From the NCBI RefSeq assembly GCF_022678625.1, contig NZ_JALBYQ010000001.1, forward strand, positions 1,107,895 through 1,139,894: a stretch of 32,000 bases of DNA. Direction: 5' to 3'. Origin of the DNA: Aliiroseovarius subalbicans (GTDB lineage Bacteria > Pseudomonadota > Alphaproteobacteria > Rhodobacterales > Rhodobacteraceae). The notes beneath the pieces were generated by a model. It was not told the DNA's origin. It worked only from the letters and a program-made list of their open reading frames with translations, and did no database searches. The position numbers were made by a program, and so were the translations under genes. This document shows positions 16,625 through 25,269 of the stretch, piece after piece. Position 1 is the stretch's first letter, and each line of letters opens with the position of its first letter.

Positions 16625-17929
16625 ATGATCCCTCGCTATTCCCGCCCCGACATGGTTGCCATCTGGTCGCCCGAGACCAAGTTCAAAATCTGGTATGAGA
16701 TCGAGGCGCACGCCTGCGATGCGATGGCCGATCTGGGCGTGATCCCGCGCGAAAACGCGGACGCCGTTTGGAAAGCCAAGGACGTGGAATTCGACGTCGC
16801 CCGGATTGATGAGATCGAGGCCGAGACCAAGCATGACGTGATCGCTTTCCTCACCCACCTGGCCGAACATGTCGGGTCGGAAGAAGCCCGCTTCGTGCAC
16901 CAGGGCATGACTTCGTCGGACGTTCTGGACACCTGTTTCAACGTGCAGCTGGTGCGCGCTGCTGACATTCTGATCGAAGACACCAAGGGGCTGCTGGTCG
17001 CGCTGAAAAAACGCGCCTATGAGCACAAGGATACGATCCGCATCGGCCGCAGCCACGGCATTCACGCCGAACCCACCACGATGGGCCTGACCTTCGCCCG
17101 GTTCTATGCGGAAATGGACCGCAACCTGAAACGCCTGAAACGCGCCCGCCATGAGGTCGCCACCGGCGCGATTTCCGGCGCGGTCGGCACCTTCGCCAAC
17201 ATCGACCCCGCCGTTGAGGAGCATGTCTGCGAGAAACTGGGGTTGGAGCCCGAGCCGATCTCGACGCAAGTTATCCCGCGCGATCGTCACGCTGCCTTCT
17301 TCGCAGCCCTAGGTGTGGTTGCCAGCTCGATCGAGAACGTCGCCACCGAAATCCGCCACATGCAGCGCACGGAAGTTCTGGAAGCCGCCGAGTTCTTCTC
17401 GATGGGTCAGAAAGGCTCGTCTGCCATGCCGCACAAGAAAAACCCGGTGCTGACCGAGAACCTGACCGGTCTTGCCCGCCTGGTGCGCATGACCGTTGTC
17501 CCGGCGATGGAAAACGTGGCGCTTTGGCACGAACGCGACATCTCGCACTCGTCCGTGGAACGCAACATCGGCCCCGATGCCACCATCACGCTTGATTTCG
17601 CTCTGTCGCGTCTGACCGGCGTGATCGACAAGCTGTTGGTTTACCCCGACAACATGCTGGCCAACATGAACAAATTCCCCGGGCTGGTGATGTCGCAGCG
17701 CGTGCTGCTGGCGCTGACCCAGGCGGGGGTGTCGCGCGAAGACGCCTACAAGATGGTGCAGCGCAACGCGCTCAAAGTCTGGGAAACCGGGTGTGACTTC
17801 AAAGGCGAGCTTCTGGCCGATGAGGCCGTCGTCAAGGCGCTTGGCGTCGAAGAGATCGAAGAGAAGTTCGACCTTGGCTATCACACCAAACACGTCGACA
17901 CGATCTTCGCCCGCGTGTTCAAGGACTGA
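16625..17929 (+). CDS. purB: Adenylosuccinate lyase
   Basis: I trimmed the track ORF 16427..17929 to MIPRYSRPDMVAIWSPETKF (ATG 16625), the canonical PurB N-terminus. The fumarate-lyase signature GQKGSSAMPHKKNP is present. The product is 434 aa. Confidence 0.95.
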   Translation: MIPRYSRPDMVAIWSPETKFKIWYEIEAHACDAMADLGVIPRENADAVWKAKDVEFDVARIDEIEAETKHDVIAFLTHLAEHVGSEEARFVHQGMTSSDVLDTCFNVQLVRAADILIEDTKGLLVALKKRAYEHKDTIRIGRSHGIHAEPTTMGLTFARFYAEMDRNLKRLKRARHEVATGAISGAVGTFANIDPAVEEHVCEKLGLEPEPISTQVIPRDRHAAFFAALGVVASSIENVATEIRHMQRTEVLEAAEFFSMGQKGSSAMPHKKNPVLTENLTGLARLVRMTVVPAMENVALWHERDISHSSVERNIGPDATITLDFALSRLTGVIDKLLVYPDNMLANMNKFPGLVMSQRVLLALTQAGVSREDAYKMVQRNALKVWETGCDFKGELLADEAVVKALGVEEIEEKFDLGYHTKHVDTIFARVFKD

Positions 17930-17948
17930 TCCTGATCAAAGCCATTTT

Positions 17949-17974
17949 CGTTCCGTCCCGATAGGGTCGGAACG
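17949..17974 (+). other. Stem-loop between purB and the next gene (possible weak terminator or processing/attenuation element)
   Basis: CGTTCCGTCCC (17949-17959) pairs with GGGTCGGAACG (17964-17974), giving 11 bp with one central T-T mismatch and a GATA loop. Only TT follows before AAAAAGGAG, so it is not a canonical U-tract terminator. Confidence 0.4.
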
Positions 17975-17991
17975 TTAAAAAGGAGATCACC

Positions 17992-18399
17992 ATGTCCAAA
18001 GCCGCCTCATCCCGTGCCGCCGCCGTTTTCGGCGCCGGTTTTTCCTTCGTCGTCATGTTTTTCAGCGGGCTGTTTCTGGTCGTCGCGCCGAAGGGGTCGC
18101 TGGCGAAAGAGATCGACTGGACCCTGGCAGGGCTGTCGCGCGACGGGTGGGAAGCGGTGCACCTTGGCACCTCTTTCCTGTTCACGCTGTTTGCCGTTTG
18201 GCACGTGGTCATCCACTGGTCCGTGGTGACGAATTTCCTGACCGGCACTGCGATGCACCCGGCCGGACACCGCCGCGAAGGTCTGGCGATGTTCGTGATT
18301 GTCGTGTTCCTGCTTGTGACCGCCATTCTGGACCTGCCGCCGACCGCTTGGCTTGTCGAATTGAACGAGTATTTCAAGAAGGAATACTGGGCGCTCTGA
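17992..18399 (+). CDS. Small integral membrane protein, DUF4405-like (about 3-4 TM helices, conserved His residues)
   Basis: A strong SD (AAAAGGAGATCACC) precedes the ATG. The product is 135 aa. Hydrophobic helices include FSFVVMFFSGLFLVVAP, LGTSFLFTLFAVWHVVIHW and LAMFVIVVFLLVTAIL. The family label is from recall of the H-x-x-x-H-W style helices. Confidence 0.68.
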   Translation: MSKAASSRAAAVFGAGFSFVVMFFSGLFLVVAPKGSLAKEIDWTLAGLSRDGWEAVHLGTSFLFTLFAVWHVVIHWSVVTNFLTGTAMHPAGHRREGLAMFVIVVFLLVTAILDLPPTAWLVELNEYFKKEYWAL

Positions 18400-18438
18400 A
18401 CCCTGATTTTGGGAAACTGCCTGTTTCGTGCTACTCTT

Positions 18439-18458
18439 GTCCTCCACGAAAGGAGGAC
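18439..18458 (+). promoter_or_regulatory. Hairpin that sequesters the Shine-Dalgarno sequence of the 52-aa peptide gene
   Basis: GTCCTCC (18439-18445) pairs perfectly with GGAGGAC (18452-18458), with loop ACGAAA. The right arm is the SD (GGAGGA), 3 nt before ATG 18462. A competing helix can form between TTCGTG (18425-18430) and CACGAA (18445-18450). Confidence 0.45.
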
Positions 18459-18461
18459 TTC

Positions 18462-18620
18462 ATGCAAATCAAAACGCTTCTGACTGCTGTCTTGCTTGCG
18501 TTGATGCCGGCGCTGAGCCTTGCCGAGGGCTGCGCACGTGATCAGCACGCGCAAAGCTGCGCGACCGGGTTCGTCTGGGACAACGACACCGGCGGTTGTG
18601 TCGAACAAGTGACCGGATAA
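18462..18620 (+). CDS. Small secreted peptide (52-aa precursor, about 31-aa mature form with 3 Cys)
   Basis: This is an internal start within track ORF 18147..18620. AAAGGAGGAC lies 3 nt upstream of the ATG. The N-terminus MQIKTLLTAVLLALMPALSLA is a classical Sec signal with an SLA cleavage motif. The mature part is EGCARDQHAQSCATGFVWDNDTGGCVEQVTG. Confidence 0.6.
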   Translation: MQIKTLLTAVLLALMPALSLAEGCARDQHAQSCATGFVWDNDTGGCVEQVTG

Positions 18621-18630
18621 GCCTATTCTT

Positions 18631-18644
18631 CCGGAAATTTCCGG
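18631..18644. repeat. Perfect 14-bp palindrome CCGGAAATTTCCGG
   Basis: The palindrome reads the same on both strands. It lies 10 nt after the peptide-gene stop and 70 nt before the fliG-like GTG start. Confidence 0.6.
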
Positions 18645-18713
18645 GCGCTTGTAAGGGTGGTGTTAACCCGGCTCTGCGACCTTGTGTGAAAGACACTGGG
18701 TTCGGAGGAATAT

Positions 18714-19796
18714 GTGACGACCGCGCTCGCGACACTCGGCGATGACATGGGCCTGCCCGAACCATTTGCGGTGCCGGGCGTGCTTGGTCTTGGCGCGCCG
18801 AAACAACTGACCAAAAAGCAAAAAGCGGCGATCATCGTGCGCCTGTTGCTGGCCGAAGGGGTGGATTTACCCCTGACCGGAATGGATGAGGGCATTCAAG
18901 AAGACCTGACATTGCAGATGTCCGCCATGCGCTTCGTCGACCGCGCAACGTTGAAATCGGTGATCGAGGAATTTGTCAGTGAAATGGAGGAAATTGGCCT
19001 GTCCTTTCCGGCCGGCCTGGAAGGCGCGTTGACCGTGCTTGAGGGCACGATCAGCCCGGCCACCGCGGCGCGCATTCGCAAACAGGGCGGCGTGCGCCAC
19101 ACCGGCGACCCATGGGAAACGATTTCTGGCTTGGACCCCGCCCGTCTGATGCCGGTGTTGGAGGAGGAAAGCGTCGAGATCGCGGCGGTGCTGTTGTCGA
19201 AACTGAAGGTCTCTACCGCCGCCGAGCTGCTGGGCAAGCTGCCCGGCCCGCGCGCCCGGCGCGTGGCCTATGCGGTGTCGCTGACCGGCTCGATAGAACC
19301 GGAGGTCGTGGACAAGATCGGCCGCTCACTGGCCGAACAACTGGACGCACAACCCTTGCGGGCCTTTGCCGACGGCCCGGTGGAGCGGGTTGGCGCGATC
19401 CTGAATTTCAGCCCCGCCGCCACCCGCGATGAAGTTCTGGAAGGGCTGGACAAGGACGACGCCGCCTTTGCCAGCGAAGTGCGCAAAGCCATCTTCACCT
19501 TCGCCAACATTCCCGCCCGGATCGACCCACGCGATATTCCCAAGCTCACCAAGGATATCGACCAGGCGGTTCTGATCACTGCCCTGGCCGCTGCTGCGGT
19601 CGACCTGACCGAGGTTGTGGATTTCATCCTGGACTCCATGTCCAAACGCATGGCCGACCAGATCCGCGAAGAGATGGAAAACCTGGGAAAGGTAAAAGAC
19701 AAGGATGGCGAGGCCGCGATGAACGCAGTCATCGCCACCATCCGTGCGTTGGAAGCGGCCGGCGAGGTGCTGCTGATCGCCGAAGACGAGCAGTAG
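18714..19796 (+). CDS. fliG: Flagellar motor switch (rotor) protein FliG homologue
   Basis: The start is GTG with GGAGG at 18704-18708. The product is 360 aa. The N-domain has KKQKAAIIVRLLLAEG, the central region has the FliG MFxF-type motif AIFTFANI, and the C-terminal torque helix is SKRMADQIREEMENLGKVK. That helix aligns with E. coli SQRAADILRDDLANRGPVR (R281, D288, D289, R297 correspond here to R312, E319, E320, K328). Confidence 0.85.
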   Translation: MTTALATLGDDMGLPEPFAVPGVLGLGAPKQLTKKQKAAIIVRLLLAEGVDLPLTGMDEGIQEDLTLQMSAMRFVDRATLKSVIEEFVSEMEEIGLSFPAGLEGALTVLEGTISPATAARIRKQGGVRHTGDPWETISGLDPARLMPVLEEESVEIAAVLLSKLKVSTAAELLGKLPGPRARRVAYAVSLTGSIEPEVVDKIGRSLAEQLDAQPLRAFADGPVERVGAILNFSPAATRDEVLEGLDKDDAAFASEVRKAIFTFANIPARIDPRDIPKLTKDIDQAVLITALAAAAVDLTEVVDFILDSMSKRMADQIREEMENLGKVKDKDGEAAMNAVIATIRALEAAGEVLLIAEDEQ

Positions 19797-19896
19797 CCTT
19801 CCCAGCCCAACTCCCCATAGGCGAACAGACGAGCCCGCCATCCCCCTACGCTGCGCCAGCCGCTATCCTGCCTTGTGAAGGTGTGCCGAGCGTTCT

Positions 19897-20823
19897 ATGT
19901 CTCTTCCCGATAACAAGGACGAACTGATGAAAGAGGACGGCAGGACTTTCGGTGCCTTTCTGGGCAACCTTGCGGCGCAAACCCTCCTGCGCTTGCCCCT
20001 TGCCCTGCCGTTTGCAAAGCGTATCCCTACGGTTGGCTGGCTGGTGGATCGGCTGGCTGGTCCAATCGCAGGTTGGCACAAACGTGTTCGGGCGAACCTG
20101 GCGCTCATCCACCCGGGAATGGATCGCAAAGAAGTATCTCGTCTTGAACACGCGGTCGTCAACAATGCAGGGCGTGTGCTGGCAGAGCTCTGGAGCCAGC
20201 AGGAGTTCATAGACCGTGTCGGTGACACACCCCTTGTCGGTCCGGGTCTTGAAGCTTTGAAAGCCGCCCAAAATGCCGGTCGACCGATCGTGGGGGTGAC
20301 GGGGCATTTTGGCAGCTATGACGCCATGCGTGTGGCGCTTGTGCGGGATGGATTTGACTGTGCGGGTCTCTACAAACCCGCAAAAAACCCCTATTTCAAC
20401 GACGCATATGCAATGCGAATGGAAGGCCTGGCCGGGCAAGTCTTTCCGACCACGCGACGTGGGTTGGCACAAGTTTCCGCGCACCTGAGAAAAGGGGGGT
20501 TCCTGGCAATCCTTGTCGACCAACGCGATAGCGGCGGCGCGTGGCTTGATTTCATGGGGCAACCGGCACTCACCCCCCTGACCGCCGCAAACCTCGCACT
20601 TAAGAATGATGCGCTATTCGTGCCCTGTTTTGGCATACGCCAAGCAAACGGTCTTGATTTTGAACTGCGCGTGGAAACGCCGATCGAGCTGACCGACAAA
20701 ATGAAAATGATGCAGGATTTCAATGACCTGCTGGGCGAAATGGTGCGCAAACACCCAGACCAATGGCTCTGGTCTCACCGCAGATGGGCCAGCGCCGATG
20801 CAAGCGAACCTCAGCGCAGTTGA
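19897..20823 (+). CDS. Lysophospholipid/lipid A biosynthesis acyltransferase (LpxL/HtrB family)
   Basis: The product is 308 aa. It has the acyltransferase HX4D motif in VGVTGHFGSYDAMR, ILVDQRD, and the family-typical C-terminus HPDQWLWSHRRW. Confidence 0.8.
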   Translation: MSLPDNKDELMKEDGRTFGAFLGNLAAQTLLRLPLALPFAKRIPTVGWLVDRLAGPIAGWHKRVRANLALIHPGMDRKEVSRLEHAVVNNAGRVLAELWSQQEFIDRVGDTPLVGPGLEALKAAQNAGRPIVGVTGHFGSYDAMRVALVRDGFDCAGLYKPAKNPYFNDAYAMRMEGLAGQVFPTTRRGLAQVSAHLRKGGFLAILVDQRDSGGAWLDFMGQPALTPLTAANLALKNDALFVPCFGIRQANGLDFELRVETPIELTDKMKMMQDFNDLLGEMVRKHPDQWLWSHRRWASADASEPQRS

Positions 20824-21512
20824 ATGGCAGCCAGTATCGGCCCGGCCCCAGACGCCTGTATCAAAATGGCCAATGACCCTTCTTTCGGGACGGGAATGCT
20901 GGTCTCGAACGCGTCTATGCCATCCCACTCCCCCACGATATGTAAGTCGGTGACGATGTTCGCATAGGATATTGATTTTCCGGCATTTTCCCCGCGAGAG
21001 ATATTGACGGTTTCTCGGGCGGTGAACTGGACAAGCTGTGCGACCATCTTCCTGGGTAAGTCCTCCCTCGGCTCAGCGCGCACAAACGCCACCCCGTCCT
21101 CTACGCGCCCAGTCAGACCGACACGGCCCATCGCCGCCCGGTGCGCGGCAAGGAAATCTGCCACTTTCATCGGCTTGTGCCCAATCACGTGATCGACGCC
21201 GCCCACCACCATCTGCGGCGTATAGATCGACCGCATCCCTGCCGCATGGGCATAGGCTTTCTGCCGCGCGGTATGTTCGGGGCGGGCGAATTTGTCGGCC
21301 CAGCCGATGTAATCCCAGTAATCGACATGCAGCGCCAGCGGTAGCACGTCGGCGCGTTCCTCGGCCAACTGGGCCAAAAGCGCGTCCGCCGGTGGGCAGG
21401 ACGAACAGCCCTGAGAGGTGAACAGTTCCACAACCACAAGCGGTTTCGGTTCGGCCCAAGCCGTACCCAGCGCCGCAAACAGCGCCATCACAATCGCAAA
21501 AATGCGTCGCAT
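20811..21512 (-). CDS. DUF1223 domain protein (secreted thioredoxin-like CxxC protein)
   Basis: I trimmed the track ORF 20811..21689 to MRRIFAIVMALFAALGTAWA, a signal peptide (ATG 21512-21510). The sequence continues VVVELFTSQGCSSCPPADALL...HVDYWDYIGW, which is typical of DUF1223. Confidence 0.85.
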   Translation of the reverse strand: MRRIFAIVMALFAALGTAWAEPKPLVVVELFTSQGCSSCPPADALLAQLAEERADVLPLALHVDYWDYIGWADKFARPEHTARQKAYAHAAGMRSIYTPQMVVGGVDHVIGHKPMKVADFLAAHRAAMGRVGLTGRVEDGVAFVRAEPREDLPRKMVAQLVQFTARETVNISRGENAGKSISYANIVTDLHIVGEWDGIDAFETSIPVPKEGSLAILIQASGAGPILAAIQLR

Positions 21513-21736
21513 GAAGGATCCCTTCGTCTCGTGTCCCATCCTCGTTAGACCATCGCCCCCTGCCCCGCCAATCAAGGTTTTGCGAGGTTTGTAACGCGTT
21601 GCCTGACGGGCACGTGAGAAAGCGGTGAACCCCGGCGACCCGACCATGGAAAACAGCCCGCCCTTGATTAAGGCCCTGCATTCAAGCAAGCCTATGGGAG
21701 ATTAAAGCCAGACATGTTCCCAAAGGGAGACCCGAA

Positions 21737-24427
21737 ATGACCATCGTTGTCGGCCAAGACACAGCCAAGACCCGCAGAACCCTCAGCGCCGGTGGCGTTG
21801 AGATTGCTTATTACTCGATCCCGGCTGCCGAGGCGGCCGGGCTGGGCGATTTCTCGCGCCTGCCTGCAGCCCTTAAGGTGGTCTTGGAAAACATGCTGCG
21901 GTTCGAGGATGGCGGGCGCACCGTCTCCGTGGACGACATCAAGGCCTTCAGCAGCTGGGCCGACAACGGGGGCAAGAACCCGCGTGAGATCGCCTATCGC
22001 CCTGCCCGCGTGTTGATGCAGGACTTTACCGGTGTGCCCGCAGTGGTCGATCTGGCCGCAATGCGCGACGGCATAAAGGCGCTTGGGGGCGACGTTCAGA
22101 AGATCAACCCGCTGAGCCCGGTGGACCTCGTCATTGACCATTCGGTCATGATCGATGAGTTCGGCAATCCGCGTGCGTTCCAGATGAATGTGGACCGTGA
22201 ATATGAGCGCAACATGGAACGTTACCAGTTCCTGAAATGGGGTCAGGGCGCGTTTAACAACTTCCGCGTCGTTCCCCCCGGCACCGGTATCTGCCACCAG
22301 GTGAACCTGGAATATCTGGCGCAAACCGTCTGGACCGATGAAGACCAGACCGGGGCGCAGGTTGCTTACCCGGATACGCTGGTTGGCACCGACAGCCACA
22401 CCACGATGGTCAACGGACTGGCCGTACTGGGCTGGGGTGTTGGGGGGATCGAGGCCGAGGCCGCGATGCTGGGGCAACCGATCTCGATGCTGATCCCCGA
22501 GGTTGTCGGGTTTGAGCTGACCGGCGCGATGGTCGAAGGCACCACCGGCACCGATCTGGTGCTGAAGGTCGTTGAACTTCTGCGCGCGCACGGCGTGGTG
22601 GGCAAGTTTGTCGAGTTCTACGGCGAAGGTCTGGACCGCTTGCCGCTAGCCGATCGGGCTACGATCGCCAACATGGCGCCGGAATACGGCGCGACCTGTG
22701 GTTTCTTCCCGGTGGACGGCGAAACCCTGCGCTACCTGCGCATCACGGGTCGGGACGACGCGCGCATCGCGCTGGTCGAAGCCTATGCCAAGGAAAATGG
22801 GTTCTGGCGCGGCGCGGATTATGCCCCCGTCTACACCAACACGCTCAGCCTGGACATGGGCACCATTGTGCCAGCCATTTCAGGTCCGAAGCGGCCGCAG
22901 GATTTCGTCGCGCTGACCAATGCCAAGGACGCGTTCACGCGTGAGATGGCCGAGACCTTCAAGCGACCGATGGGCAAGGAAATCGCCGTGCAAGGCGAAG
23001 ACTACACGCTGGAAAGCGGTAAGGTCGTTATCGCCTCGATCACCTCGTGCACCAACACGTCGAACCCTTACGTGATGATCGGTGCGGGCCTTGTCGCGCG
23101 CAAGGCCGCGGCCCTTGGCCTGACCCGCAAGCCCTGGGTGAAAACTTCGCTGGCCCCCGGATCGCAGGTCGTGTCCGCCTATCTTGAGGCCGCAGGGCTG
23201 CAGGAGGATCTGGACGCCATCGGCTTCAACCTGGTGGGCTATGGCTGCACCACCTGCATCGGCAACTCAGGCCCCATTCAGCCCGAATTGTCCCAGGCGA
23301 TTGCCGAAGGCGACCTGGTCGCGACTTCGGTCCTGTCAGGCAACCGCAACTTCGAGGGAAGGATCAGCCCCGATGTGCGCGCCAACTACCTGGCTTCTCC
23401 GCCGCTTGTGGTCGCCTATGCCCTGGCAGGTACGATGGATATCAACCTGACCAGCGACCCTATCGCGAAAGACAAGGATGGCAATGATGTCTATCTGAAA
23501 GACATCTGGCCGACCACACAGGAGATTGCGGATCTGGTGGACCAGACCGTCACCCGCGAGGCGTTTCAGTCGAAATACGCCGACGTCTTCAAAGGCGATG
23601 AGAAATGGCGCGCGGTCGAGGTCACCGAAGCCAAGACCTATGACTGGCCAGCGGCGTCGACCTATATCCAGAACCCACCCTATTTTCAGGGCATGTCGCC
23701 CGAGGCGGGTATGATCCAGAACATCGAAGGCGCCAAAGTGCTGGCCGTGCTGGGGGACATGATCACCACCGACCACATCTCGCCCGCAGGCAGTTTCCCG
23801 GTTCAATCGCCCGCAGGGCAATACCTGAGCGAGCGCCAGGTGCAACCGCGCGAGTTCAACTCCTACGGCTCGCGACGCGGCAACCACGAAGTCATGATGC
23901 GTGGCACATTCGCCAACATCCGCATCAAGAACGAGATGCTGCCGGGCGTCGAAGGTGGCTTCACCAAGGGACCAGACGGTCAGCAGACCTCGATCTACGA
24001 CGCCGCGATGGCTTATCAGGAAGCGGGCATTCCGCTGGTTGTCTTCGGCGGGGAACAATACGGCGCAGGGTCCTCGCGCGACTGGGCCGCGAAGGGCACC
24101 AACTTGCTGGGCGTCAAGGCGGTGATCGCGGAAAGTTTCGAGCGCATTCACCGCTCCAACCTGGTTGGCATGGGCGTTGTGCCATTCGAGTTTACCGATG
24201 GCGACACGCGTAAAACGCTTGGCCTGACCGGGGACGAAACCGTTTCGATCACGGGGCTGTCGGGCGATCTGAAGCCGCTTTCAACCCTGCCCTGCACCAT
24301 CACCTTTTCGGACGGGCGTGAGAAAACGATCCAACTGAAATGCCGGATCGATACCGAGGTTGAGATTGAATATGTCGAAAACGGCGGTGTGCTGCACTAT
24401 GTGTTGCGCAACCTCTCCAGGTCGTGA
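21737..24427 (+). CDS. acnA: Aconitate hydratase A
   Basis: The product is 896 aa. It has the Fe-S ligand motifs [13 protein letters not shown] and [12 protein letters not shown], plus the C-terminal swivel-domain block [21 protein letters not shown] lies upstream. Confidence 0.97.
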   Translation: MTIVVGQDTAKTRRTLSAGGVEIAYYSIPAAEAAGLGDFSRLPAALKVVLENMLRFEDGGRTVSVDDIKAFSSWADNGGKNPREIAYRPARVLMQDFTGVPAVVDLAAMRDGIKALGGDVQKINPLSPVDLVIDHSVMIDEFGNPRAFQMNVDREYERNMERYQFLKWGQGAFNNFRVVPPGTGICHQVNLEYLAQTVWTDEDQTGAQVAYPDTLVGTDSHTTMVNGLAVLGWGVGGIEAEAAMLGQPISMLIPEVVGFELTGAMVEGTTGTDLVLKVVELLRAHGVVGKFVEFYGEGLDRLPLADRATIANMAPEYGATCGFFPVDGETLRYLRITGRDDARIALVEAYAKENGFWRGADYAPVYTNTLSLDMGTIVPAISGPKRPQDFVALTNAKDAFTREMAETFKRPMGKEIAVQGEDYTLESGKVVIASITSCTNTSNPYVMIGAGLVARKAAALGLTRKPWVKTSLAPGSQVVSAYLEAAGLQEDLDAIGFNLVGYGCTTCIGNSGPIQPELSQAIAEGDLVATSVLSGNRNFEGRISPDVRANYLASPPLVVAYALAGTMDINLTSDPIAKDKDGNDVYLKDIWPTTQEIADLVDQTVTREAFQSKYADVFKGDEKWRAVEVTEAKTYDWPAASTYIQNPPYFQGMSPEAGMIQNIEGAKVLAVLGDMITTDHISPAGSFPVQSPAGQYLSERQVQPREFNSYGSRRGNHEVMMRGTFANIRIKNEMLPGVEGGFTKGPDGQQTSIYDAAMAYQEAGIPLVVFGGEQYGAGSSRDWAAKGTNLLGVKAVIAESFERIHRSNLVGMGVVPFEFTDGDTRKTLGLTGDETVSITGLSGDLKPLSTLPCTITFSDGREKTIQLKCRIDTEVEIEYVENGGVLHYVLRNLSRS

Positions 24428-24566
24428 CACCGGCCGCCTGACACAACAAAGCCCAGCCTACACGACCGGGGATTGGGGCTCTGCCAACGTGGCGGCGGAC
24501 GCCAATCCGAGCAGCCGAAAGGCCGTGAGACATCAAGCGTGCCGAAGGCACTCAATCAGGAACGGT

Positions 24567-25118
24567 TCACCGCGCGGCAGCTTCGGCCATCGCCGGGCGG
24601 ATCACGCTCTCCAGGATGCTTTCGGTGACCGGACCGGCAAAACGTTTGACGATCACCCCGTTGCCGTCGATCACATAGGTTTCGGGCACGCCATAAAGAC
24701 CCCAGTCCAGGGCTGTGCGCCCGTTCGGGTCGGCGGCCAATGCGGTATAGGGATTTCCCAACTCCTCAAGAAACCTCAGCCCTTTGGCCGCGTCGTCCTT
24801 GTAGTTGATGCCATAGAGCGTGACACCTTCCTGCGACAAGGTTTTCAGTTGGTCATGCTCGGCCCGGCACGGCGCGCACCAACTGGCCCAGAAGTTTACC
24901 AGCTTCACGCCGGGCGCGCGCAATTCGGCCTCGCCAAACGGCGCACCGTTGCCCAGCGTCGTCAGGTAAACCGGGGGCGTCAAACCGCCCTCGCGAGTCG
25001 ATTCAAGTTCACGCGGGTTGTCGCGCCCCATGCCCCACATGAACAGCACTGCCAGCCCGGCAAACAGCAGGGGCGGTAGCAGCATCAGGAAGGAAACCCT
25101 TTTTTTCTTTTCAGCCAT
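24567..25118 (-). CDS. ccmG: Cytochrome c maturation thiol:disulfide oxidoreductase CcmG/DsbE (HelX)
   Basis: I trimmed the ORF to MAEKKKRVSFLMLLPPLLFAG, an N-terminal membrane anchor. The active site is WASWCAPCRAEH, and GVPETYVIDGNG is present. The start overlaps the ccmD stop (ATGGCTGA). Confidence 0.9.
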   Translation of the reverse strand: MAEKKKRVSFLMLLPPLLFAGLAVLFMWGMGRDNPRELESTREGGLTPPVYLTTLGNGAPFGEAELRAPGVKLVNFWASWCAPCRAEHDQLKTLSQEGVTLYGINYKDDAAKGLRFLEELGNPYTALAADPNGRTALDWGLYGVPETYVIDGNGVIVKRFAGPVTESILESVIRPAMAEAAAR

Positions 25119-25269
25119 GTCGTGCCGCCTTTCGGGCTTCTGCCGCATCCAGATCAAGCTTGGCCTTTGCCGATTGGCGCAAGGTGATCAACACCAGTAA
25201 CACCACCAACCCCAACGCGATCGCCCAGGACGCGTAAACCGCGACTGCGTACTTTCCAAGATCAAGCAT
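25111..25269 (-). CDS. ccmD: Heme exporter protein CcmD (HelD)
   Basis: The 52-aa product counted from MLDLGKYAVAVYASWAIALGLVVLLVLITL has a single TM helix. Its position between ccmC and ccmG and the 8-nt overlaps at both ends support the call. Confidence 0.8.
   Translation of the reverse strand: MLDLGKYAVAVYASWAIALGLVVLLVLITLRQSAKAKLDLDAAEARKAARHG

Noticed and set aside
18513-18530. A possible lipoprotein lipobox in the 52-aa peptide (LSLAEGC).
   Set aside because: Glu at position -2 relative to the Cys is atypical for a lipobox. SPase I cleavage after SLA is the simpler reading.
21570-21669. An 8-bp inverted repeat, AATCAAGG ... CCTTGATT, 84 nt apart in the DUF1223/acnA divergent region, and the 8-bp palindrome AACGCGTT at 21593-21600.
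   Set aside because: The arms are short and the spacing is long. More than 100 perfect 8-bp palindromes are expected by chance in 32 kb. I recognised no Fur-, Irr- or RirA-type box.
21692-24151. Minus-strand ORFs of 299 aa (21692..22591) and 271 aa (23336..24151).
   Set aside because: Both are antisense to acnA, an unambiguous call, and have shadow-ORF composition.
24538-24550. A small hairpin, GTGCC-GAA-GGCAC, between the convergent acnA and ccmG genes.
   Set aside because: It has only a 5-bp stem and no U-tract on either strand, which is not enough to call a terminator.
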